From Octopus sinensis (lineage: Eukaryota), in the NCBI RefSeq assembly GCF_006345805.1, contig NC_043019.1:24055360-24119359 (forward strand): DNA of 64,000 nucleotides. The letters run 5' to 3'. Shown here piece after piece: positions 53,601 through 64,000 of the stretch. Positions within the stretch are counted from its first letter, which is position 1, and every line of letters begins with the position of its first letter. The translations under genes and the position numbers were made by a program. Under the pieces are notes generated by a model. It worked only from the letters and a program-made list of their open reading frames with translations. It did no database searches and was not told where the DNA came from.

Positions 53601-56459
53601 TGACATACATACATACATACATACATACATACATACATACATACATACATACATACATACATACATAAACGCCATATTTAGCAATTTGGATAAATTCGAA
53701 ATCAATAACATGCAAAAGTACTATGTTGAAAGCATTTTCAATAATATACTTTTAAACAGAATCTTTTCAAATCTTTTCACATTATATATAGCTTTGCATT
53801 CTCATTTGCCAGCAAGCTCTAGTTTATAGCTTATCTTTCACACATTGTCTGAAGTATGATGTTTTCAGCTACTGGTAATGTCAAAGTTACTTGAAGGATT
53901 GTGTTAACTCAATTTTGTATATGTGTTTATGAATTTTTTTTATTCGTTTAGATTTTGATTGATGACATTTTAACCAAAACGGATCTTGAAACAAACTTTA
54001 TTCACATGTTATACAGCTTAAGGACACCGCTGTTATATAAGCACGCAGGACAACTAGCTCGCCGGTAGGGATATCCAATCCTGAAATATCGTAGCATTGT
54101 GTCTGGTATCAACTTCTATAGCTCCAAATCACTCGTTTATGATGAAAATGTCCGTTTTATAACTACTTAGATATAAAATGCTTCTGTAGATAATGAATAT
54201 CTTCACTAAAATCATACTCTGCCACTCCAGTTTCAATAGTATTATGAAATACATGTAATTGTACAACAGTATAAATCTGGAGTTTATATTGGACCCAGCC
54301 ATCTGTGTGAGTGATTGTGTTACATATGTACTGCTTTACTACCTTTCATCTGAAAGATGAAAGGTAGCAGATTACTTACGTCTTCAAGCATATACAGCAG
54401 CTGTCTTTTTATTCGTTATTTCATCATTGTATATCAATAAACAATACGGTTACCAAGATTCTATTCTATTTTTAGAACAATTTACAGCTAATTTCATAAT
54501 AAAAACTAGTTCGTAACATATAAATGACCATATGTTGAAAAAAAGAAAATATTATCATTCGATTACTTATAATTCTCTGTGGTTATTTGGCATTATTTAC
54601 CGTATTTCTCTGTCTCTTAAACTGAAGAATACCTAGGAGAGGTTAATACTTCAAATGTTCCGTCTAACGTCTTGCAGTATGACGAAAATATATGCTCTAG
54701 AAATTTCTCCAGGGGTTTTACTTCAAGGAAAATAAGACGAGTATAACAGTTCAAATAACTTAGAATATACTGTTGCACTTGCAAGATACGAGCCAACAAA
54801 CTGCTACAGCTCAATAGTACTTTCAAACTGCTCGTAAGTGAAATCCTATCATTAAGGCAATCAATTTTTAGGTTTACTAATATAAAGAAACGTAGCAAAG
54901 TACATTTCGCCGACGCTCTACCGATTCGGACACCAACGTTTTCATAAGAAATAATATTTCTAAAAGGCGAAAATTGCTCAGTTGTTTTAACAGGGCAGAT
55001 GGTGTACATAATCGAAGTTGTAAACACTTCATTTGTAATTAATAAGAAAGTACCGTGTCTCACAAAAAAATTTCACTTATATGTTCATCCTCATCTAGGC
55101 ATGTGTTTTGCAATAGTGATACGACTCAATTGTATTCAAATAAATAAAAAAAGTTTAATTTTCCATCTCATGTATGTACACAGTTTGGAGATAATATCTG
55201 GATATTCACAATTTATTTTCTACAATAAAGCAAATAGTTTTCTTTAGATGAACAGAAGAAACTCCCCAAATTCCATTTATCTTACAAAGCTTCAATTAAC
55301 CGAGAAGAACCCAAGGATCACTTTATATTCGCTTGTTAATGGTACAAAGGGTTGTTGGTATTTGTTCCTGGCTTACAAGATTTGAATGATCTCACACAAT
55401 ATTTTTTCGCGATTTCCTAATAAGTATTTACTACTGAAAAAGTTAATCACTTTTAATTTCATTTTATCTCTAGTTTTCAGTTGTTCACTAGCAGAGTAAA
55501 AAGTGGAAATGTTTGCAGAATCTGTAACTTGTTAATTCTAAGACTTATTTTCTGACTATATTTTGAAGTTATTCGACATTTTCGTCCCTTTTATTCATGT
55601 CTTTAAGCAAAATATTCTTTATCAACACTATACAAAGATGTGAAAAACTTACAAATAATTTACTTAAATGTAGAGTAATTATTACCATAGTAACAAATAG
55701 CCATAGTATTGTGACTTAGGATTTAGAAATTCAGATGCAATCTGTATCTTTGAGATATGAATTATAGTGTTGTATTGTAAAATATCAATGTTTTGGGGGT
55801 GGGGCGTGGGAAAGGTGTAGAAAATGCATTTATGAGTGAATAAATATTTTCTCAAAGTCCTTTTAATTAAGGAAAAACGACCTTAGGATTACAGATTAAT
55901 TTCCATTCTCATTTTTTTAAATGATGAATTCATTTAAAAAGACATTCTGCACAGAAAAAACTGTTCCCAACAACTGATATATTCCTACAATAATAGAGGG
56001 AAATAGTAATTTAAACCAGACCCTGTGAGTTTAATATCACATGATAAAAAACATTTCTGTCGTGAAAAATTGGAACCTGAACTTGAATTTTTTTACACAC
56101 AAAATCCGAAAACAACATCCATTTATTACCAACAAGTCAAAATTTTAGGACATTTGATCCATAAAATTGCATTGGTTTTTCTTTCCAGTAAATCAGTTTA
56201 TGAGGGACTAGGCATAACGTACAAACATACACAGAAATTGGCTTCTCTTCAAACTCGAATATTTTTTATTGAAAAATTAGTAAAAATATCAGAATTTCTA
56301 CAGACAAATTATATCATTGTTTATGCCTATTTTCTCTGAATTTGCGTTTGGATGATTCTCTTGGATGCAGAACACTAGGAAGATCATGACAAAAAGTTAG
56401 TGAAATATTTAAAATGTTTACAGTTGGATAAATAGACAAATATAACAAAATAATTTGAT

Positions 56460-57700
56460 AAAAAATGTGAATTTTTAATTATTTTCTGAGATTTTACAAA
56501 AACAACAAAAATATTTTTTAAGTTCCAGCAATAGTCCATCATCATACATATGCAAGTCCAATCTGCTTTAATACCCTTGTTCCATTAATGTCTTTTTGTG
56601 CAGTAAGTCATTTATAACTACCACAAGTTAATTTCATGCTGATACTTCAATGCAATTCTTTAAATTTACAAATTTCTTCAATTTTTTATTATTTCAAGCA
56701 CATCAAATACTCCGGGTTTTTTCCACTGCTGAGAATGGGCAATGTGCTGCAGACGTAGTTTAAATCATGATTCCTGTCTGTATCCAGAGCTTTAGCGAAC
56801 TGCTTCATAATGCTAAGTTGCATTTGATGTCATGTAGAATAAATTTTCCTGGTTGAACTAACTAAAGGCGCTTCAGCTACATTAACAAACCTAGAACCTG
56901 CGACCATATTCTTTGATCATCGAATGTTCTTCTCTGGATTTGCAATCTCACATATATAAATTGTATGAATATTTGGTGTATACTCTTTGTTGACCTGGGA
57001 AAAAATTGACCATCTTAAAGTCCACGCATATCACTTACTGATGATATGTGTTACTCAATTTTCGCTATCACTATTTTCACTACTTCCTATTTCTCTTCTA
57101 GTTTTTCAGAATAGTTAGAACAGAGGCCAATTATATTTCCTTTATGAAGTAGAACACATTTCAAACTTCTTTTCGAGATATTGATCAAAAGGCGCCAATC
57201 ACTTGCATCATATTCTGCTAATTTCATCCTTTGAAGCAGATCCACAATGTTTATGTAATACACTGACTAATTTTCTGTGAATGAAGGAAGCAATTCAGCA
57301 TCCTTAGTGCGATAGAAGGTGACTTTATTTCCTTCTTTATGAAGGCTTTTTTCCTTTGATAGAGACGCAAGAACTTCTGCAGATTTGTTTGATAGTGTAA
57401 GTCCCTGACCAAGTCAATGAATTCCTTTTAATCAAGTATCTCAAGGTGTGATGACGATTTTGTTCCAAATTAATCCAGATCATCTTTGGCTTTCTCTGGC
57501 ACAGCTGGTACTTTCTGGTTATCAAGTTCGTAGAGTACTAAATTTCACACACAAACAATGTATTTTTTAAAAAATGAGAAAAATTGCAAAACTTAAGGAT
57601 TTTGGGTATCTTGAAACCTAGACGTGATGATAAAAAATGGATTCTGTTTTTGGAATCAGCATATCAAAAATACCTTAGGAATGAGAACTCAGGGTTGGGT
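56460..57700 (-). mobile_element. Chapaev3-like DNA transposon relic
   Basis: Minus SAEVLAS..KVTFYR, YDASDWRLLINISKRSLKCVLLHKGN, CVDFKMVNF..GQQ..YTKY, MKQFAKALD, MMDYCWN. Confidence 0.72.
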
Positions 57701-57810
57701 TCAAAATTCCACCAGGACACCTGATGAAAGCTGGAGAGTAAATCAGCCGAAACGTTAGGATAACAACAAACAAGATGAGGACACATATCCGTCCAATGTA
57801 AATAATGAAT
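57700..57810 (+). mobile_element. Short fragment with degenerate hammerhead core (Penelope-like tail?)
   Basis: ACAC-CTGATGA(57721-57727)-AAGCTG..CAGCC-GAAA(57749-57752)-CGTT; helix I partner not complementary. Confidence 0.4.
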
Positions 57811-60648
57811 TCTTATATTGTTTTATATATTCTATATATTTCCTAAGTATAGGAAAATTACATTATTTTACTATACTTTAAAATAAATAATATAAAATTG
57901 GTTTGTTATATTTTCCTATTAAGCCTATCTTAAGCAATTCATATTACTCCTCTGCATCGTTTTAATCTCTCTTAGTACTGTACAAAAATATAAAGAATGA
58001 TCCGACTTCCTGCTTTGAGGGGGGCAGCTATGTTAAGCATCCACTCCACTTTTATAATTTTCCTCCGTTGTCAAAGTAGTTGAGCATATGAGAAGAACAT
58101 AATTAAAGAAGAAGCTGCTGGTAAATCTAAGGCAAATTTGAGCATTCTGATAGCTATATTGATGAACAATACGCGGACTCTTTTTCTGGTAGAAGAATTA
58201 CTCTCTACATTAGACGCTATTATAGCCCCAGGGTAAATCGAGACGAATTTTATAAATTTTTTCCAAGAGAAATTTGAATATAATTTGTTTAAATCTGATA
58301 ATAAATGAATCAGTTTAAGAATCAAAAGGCTAGAAATTACCATGAAAATTTGCTCCGTGCGAAACATTAATATTCAGGAAATGGCCTATGAACTGTTGAT
58401 TTCAAACAAAACAGTTATGCTAATCGTATTTAATAATAAATACGTAATTAAAGTTAGAAAGTCAATATTGTCTTCGTTCAAATACTTCGTAATAATTTTA
58501 TAGTTCCAATTAGCTAAAAGTCCAAGCCAATATCAATTCACAAAAACCTTCCTGGCCTCGAAATATTTGGCTTTTGAGGTGAAAAATTTATTTTTTTCTT
58601 TTGTTTTTGAACTGTGGTGAACGGAATCAGAGGAGTTTAGAAAAATAGGTGAAATAAACCGCAACAAAATAACGAGTGAAATATATATTCATTGTGATAA
58701 ACTTATTTGTATTTAAAATATCGTTAAGTAAATTTTAAATTCTATTGAAATAATTATATCATTCTAAATCTCACAAGCAGATAACCAGTAAACATTTTTG
58801 GAAAATGCAGTACATGAAAAGATAGTCTTAATACTGAATAAATATACAAACGAGTGGCGCAAATCGCATAACAAAATCAATCAAAATGATATCTATTTTG
58901 TGCTTATTTTATTCTATACGAGAAGGAGCTTAGCCTAGTGTGATCTTGAACGTAATATTCAATGGTAAATTCGATACCTCGACCAAATAGTGCGTTGACT
59001 GCTTCAGCAAGGTACTGTCACCTCTCGCTTTTCTGCTCATCTGAAAATGACTACCTATTTACGTATGAGTGAGTGTCGGTGAAGGTGATCGTAATCGTAT
59101 TCATATTAAACAGAAGAAAAACTGTGAGAAGCATAACCGAACATTGATGAACACTAGTATTTACTGAGCGGTTGTTAAAGAGAGTTCTGCTAATTATTGC
59201 AGCAATATTTCGGTCTAACAGAAAGTTTCATATCCAAGTGGCATGCACGGATGAAACCCACAGATTGATGGGTCATAGTTCGTCTATCTTTTTTCATTCA
59301 CCTTTGCCATAGCCAACCTATCACTCGCTGACAATCCGCTCACGACTAATGTAAAAACATATTTATCATCAAACTCGCATTGGTGAACACTGGATCTTTG
59401 GATTTATTTGTGTCACATATATTACTAATAATAACGTCTGTTATATAGCCCCAATTAGGAATTAATTGTAAAAGATTATTATTTTGGGTGGAACATGAAA
59501 AATTAATATGTTTTCATATTTTCTTATCTACTGTTGAACGATTTTAATAATAAAGTCAGTGTGAAATTGCGAATGATTCTGAATTGCAGAGGAAGTAAAA
59601 AAACTTATTAGTATCACAACTTAATTCTTTCGGTGCATTTCCAAATGTCTTCTAACTTTTTTAGACATATAGTAAATATGTTGCTCAAGAAGTTCTCTCG
59701 TAAAAATCATTTACGTAAGTTTCTAAATCAGATAACGATTGATCGCAATTAGATGTTCTCCATAGAGTGAAACCTAGAAAAGATTTTTCCAAGCTTAAAA
59801 AAATATTACATTTAATCAAGGCCATTTTCGTAGTTTATAAATGTGGAAATATATATTTTATATAGTACAAATTCATTTGCTTCGCATTACATTTTCGGTT
59901 GTGAAGACTAGCTGGGGACTTTGAAATAAAATCCTATTATTAATGTACCTATTAACAGTTTAACATCTGTAAACTGAAAATTGTTCGTTATTAGCTAAAA
60001 TCGGATGTAATTGAAACATTCCAGAAGCCAGATAGACTCTCTCAAATGAATTATATTAATAATGTGCGTTTGGGTGTGTTTTGCGTATATTCCTAGATAT
60101 GTCTTAACAAATAAATCTATGCGAGTGTCTATAATATATGTGATATAAAGGGGGCGCGTAAATTTCTTTGTATGTCTGAGTACGGAGACTTGTTCCCAGT
60201 AGGACACCAAATCCCATGTAGTTGTTTACTTTGAAGTCATAAAAGTGCGCTTCTCTTCAGTGCGGCTCATTGACATCCATTGAAGATGCAACATACAGCT
60301 GATTCTTCGTAATCATGATTTTTTTCAGCCATATATCGCAAAGGTTTATATTTTCTTTTTATATATGCCTTTTCTTTAGAAATTATCTTCCGAGTTATTC
60401 TTACAATGAAATTTTATTTCATCAAGTTTTCAGTTTCATGGCATAAATCCAATAGATCTCAACATAAATATTTTGAATAATATATTTCATAAGAGTGGTT
60501 ACTTCTCAATGTTTTTCTGCTCTATTCGGATTGCTTAAAGCAGCAGTTTAAATACTAGAGTATTATCGTAGAAAACTAGGAAAATAATGTCATAAATAAA
60601 GTTTACATAAAGTTAACTCTTCATTTTAACTGTAGTAGTCTAATTTAC

Positions 60649-60649
<1 letters not shown>

Positions 60650-60680
<31 letters not shown>

Positions 60681-60810
60681 CATACATACATACATACATA
60701 CATACATACATACATGCATACATGCATACATGCATACATACATACATACATACATACATACATACATACATACATACATACATACATACATACATACATA
60801 CATACATACA
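60650..60810. repeat. (TACA)n microsatellite
   Basis: Direct reading. Confidence 0.95.
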
Positions 60811-61019
60811 TAATTAACACGTAGCAGATAAGCTTAGACATCAGGTACTTAGAAACTTATATACAAATATTGTGAAGTAACATAAGTGATTGTCTCTAAA
60901 CAGTTTCTGAAAATGTTTTTAAACCAACAAAAGTAATGGTGGGATTTTGATGACGATACCCCACCTCCGCTATCCTACCATTACCGCCACAACTACTATT
61001 ACAGCTAGTGTCACAAACC

Positions 61020-61022
<3 letters not shown>

Positions 61023-61075
<53 letters not shown>

Positions 61076-61105
61076 CGAGAGAGAGAGAGGAGAGAGAGAG
61101 AGCGG
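61023..61105. repeat. (GA)n microsatellite
   Basis: Direct reading. Confidence 0.95.
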
Positions 61106-61709
61106 GAGAACTTCTGTCATGCATAGAACACTTTTTTTAGTAGCAGGGTCGTATCAAAGGAACGCTTCTGTATTGGATAAATCATGATTATTTAATTTTC
61201 AAAATTCATGGCTGTGTAATTAGTTTTTGTACTAAGGTTTTTGTCATCATGTAGATTTTAGAGAATTCTTCTGCAAGTGATTTCAGATTTGAAAGAAAAC
61301 GAAACTTAGCTTGCAGACAAGGATTTCGGCACACCTTGTGGTCACTCAACCTACAAAAAGTAACAGCCAAATATTCTTTCAAATTACTCCGTTTTATTTT
61401 AAATATAGAAAGGATATATTAAATAACGTAGTCCTACGTATCTACTATGGTTTAATGGCAAATGTAATTCCTCGTTCAGGGTAACATTGTGTTGAAAAAT
61501 TTGCCGCAAGCTTAATATATAGAATGGTATCAACTATAATATTGACAACATATTGATATTTTTATATTGATATTTGTATATTATAATTATGCATTATTGC
61601 TTTTGCTGTTAATTTCGATTATTTCAACATAATTATAACTTTTGTTGATGCAAACGTCGCTTTTGCTGATATTCACTTTGTTGTTTATTTTATCATTGCT
61701 ATGTTTCAG

Positions 61710-61816
61710 TCGAGTGTTTACGCTTCCAGTTTCTGATTGATTACAAAGGAATTTTTAATTTGATGAGTAAAGAGTACGAAGACGAAACATCCAGGCATCT
61801 GTATCGCCAGATACAG
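61710..61816 (+). CDS. Candidate internal coding exon of an unidentified host gene
   Basis: Pyrimidine-rich acceptor TTTCAG (61708-09; alternative TTCCAG at 61728-29) and donor CAG|GTAAAC at 61817; open frame ECLRFQFLIDYKGIFNLMSKEYEDETSRHLYRQIQ; no TE motif. Confidence 0.4.
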
Positions 61817-63706
61817 GTAAACAATACTTTATGAAAATTACTGTAATTTAAATAAAGGAAAGACTAAATAGACTTAAGAAGAATATTTCCATAATACAAG
61901 CAAATATATAGCTACATATAATGTGAGCTAAACCAAAACTATTGCAAATTATAAATTATATCTGGAGAGAAAATATCTCAACAGATTAGATAATTTAAGG
62001 AATTAAACGCTCAAACTAAAAAATATCCAAAATATAAAACCAGAACACTTAAAAGTAAAGAATAAAAAAAACATAAATGTGAGAATAAAAATCACTTCTA
62101 TAGATCAAGCATATGCAAAACAAAACAGATTGCAAAACTACAGAATCAAACCAGTACTGAGCAACCGAATTTGAACCAAAAGTACTCAAATGAAAATATG
62201 TATGAAAGAGAAAGGATAATCTAATGATGTTGAGAGTTAAATAATTAAAATTGACAGGAGATAATTTATGCACATTCCTAATTATAAACCATGAAAAGTT
62301 TCCAAATTATAACGTTTAACAATAAAGAATGCAAAAACGGTGATCTGAAACTACAATATCGTAAATATTAAGCAAATGACGTGGAACAATAACAGTAGTC
62401 CCGATGTATATTTCCTCAAATCTATTCTTTTAGAAACATTTAACTGTGAGAAAACAACATAGAAACTTCCCAATCTTTAATGAAATCAACAATAGATAGT
62501 AAAAAAATATTGAAAAGGACTACAAACAAATATTCCTGGAATACAATATAACAAATTAAGAAAGCAACAAAGAATAAGTGAAGCAAGGCGACTTCTTTTT
62601 ATAAAGACAGATTCTCTATTCATTCTTATAAAAAGCCATTACATTTCTTTCAACAAAACAATCAGTTCGATTCGAACCGCAAAAAGTCATTATCAAAATC
62701 AAAGTAAAAACATTATATGTAAATCTATGTATCTTTAACAAGAAGAGAAACACGAATATAACTACTAAAGAATAATAGAGTATTTTCTGTCTTCAGGAAA
62801 GCTAACAAATACAAAGTGTAAGTTGAAGACGGAGATTATTGTGATGAGAAAGGAGGAACACTGTGAAAAGAAAATTGAAAACTAAATGAAAAACTTATTA
62901 TGAAATACTTATAGAAAAGGTGGTAAAAATATACTTCACAAAGAGTCACAGAGAATGTTAATCTGCACACATAGGGCGACGAAGGCAAATCGACCGGATT
63001 CTATTATCACGTACTTGCCAGGAAAGGAAATGTCTACTGGCTGGAGAAGCAATTATAAAAGACTAATGAATTTCCCCAAAATGAAGATGGTATTCATAAT
63101 GATTTGGAAATAGAGAGAAGCAGAATATAGAGAATGAAAATAGGATCCATCTCTATTATATATAACAAGGCCTCCAGAACGTTTAAAATAAATTCAGAAA
63201 AACAATATAACTAAAATTGCCGAAATAATACCTAAAATAAAGGAAATCACTGGACTTGCGGATCTTTTCACTTTGACCGGCAGATCTTTAAAATAATTTC
63301 TTTGTAACTAAACAATTTTAAACTTCGTATACTGGTAGAATGTGTTACATAAAACATCATTTTCTCTTGGCTTTCTTGAGAAAATTCTGTAGTTTGTAAG
63401 CTATTTCTTGTTAAATTTCTTGCATTTCGGCAATTTCACCCAATCAGTGACGTCTAATGAGGTGAATACAATTTCTGCGGTTCTTTGTCAACAATTTATT
63501 GCGGTGTCTACTCAATTTGTCACTGTTATTTATGACATATTTTATATCAGTTACGTTCGTATGAATAAAAGATTATCGTTATTAAACTTTTATTAATAAA
63601 CACATTTTCTAAGTTCACAACATATGCAGTTTTAATTTCCCTCTCTGCTGCACAGATACACACATACATATTATATATTCGTTTAAGAAACAGATTGGGT
63701 TTCTGA

Positions 63707-63982
63707 AGAAAAAAGATACCCTTCGCCCCACCCCTAACCCTAATCCTACCCCTAAAACAGATTGAAATGCAATAGATACTAGGGTCATAATTATGGGTGG
63801 ACACTAAACGAGGGAACGGTTTTGTTTTCCAGCTCTGTTTACGAGTGACCCCTCAGTTTATGGCCACACACGTGTATTTGTTTACATTTGAAGAAGATCG
63901 TCACTTTCCGTAAAATTAAATTTTTTTTTATATATGTGGGGTTATGGTTATGGTAAGAGGTGAGGGAGGGTATCTTTTTTCT
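63707..63982. mobile_element. MITE-like element with 15-bp inverted repeats and telomere-like subterminal repeats
   Basis: AGAAAAAAGATACCC (63707-63721) / GGGTATCTTTTTTCT (63968-63982); CCCTAACCCTAA inside the left end, GGGGTTATGGTTATGG inside the right end. Confidence 0.6.
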
Positions 63983-64000
63983 CATAAAGTGTTTAGTTAC

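Noticed and set aside
54617-55247. 148-aa (-) and 82-aa (+) ORFs
   Set aside because: No recognisable motif or convincing splice pair; length attainable by chance
58100-58231. Possible + exon (IIKEEAAGK...DAIIAPG|gtaaat)
   Set aside because: Donor plausible, but there is an in-frame stop before any good acceptor and the peptide is unrecognised
62300-63200. A-rich segment resembling an L1/Tx1 endonuclease relic
   Set aside because: Only compositional resemblance; no diagnostic motif readable

Overview
AT-rich eukaryotic (animal) genomic DNA. The repeat repertoire is most consistent with an octopus/cephalopod genome (inference; not verified). The window is essentially a transposon and microsatellite field, with one 100-N gap (24297-24396). 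No intact protein-coding gene is supported; there is one credible candidate exon (61710-61816, +). Content: many decayed restriction-like-endonuclease (R4/Dong-type) non-LTR retrotransposons, including a ~10 kb stack separated by (AAT)n; a CR1/L2/Jockey-type LINE piece; three tRNA-derived SINE families; two non-autonomous Helitrons; mariner, maT-like, hAT and two Chapaev3-like transposase relics; and a tRNA-Leu(CAG) pseudogene. The most striking observation is four sequence-unrelated, almost spacer-less DNA palindromes (153-481 bp) next to (TA)n. Two carry a complete type I hammerhead ribozyme on one arm (CUGANGA core, long helix II, palindromic mini helix III, GUA cleavage triplet) plus a point-mutated mirror copy on the other arm; a third carries a degenerate core on both arms. 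This fits Penelope-like/retrozyme-type hammerhead retroelements laid down as fold-back inverted duplications. All calls are by eye; no database searches were run, and boundaries of decayed elements are approximate.
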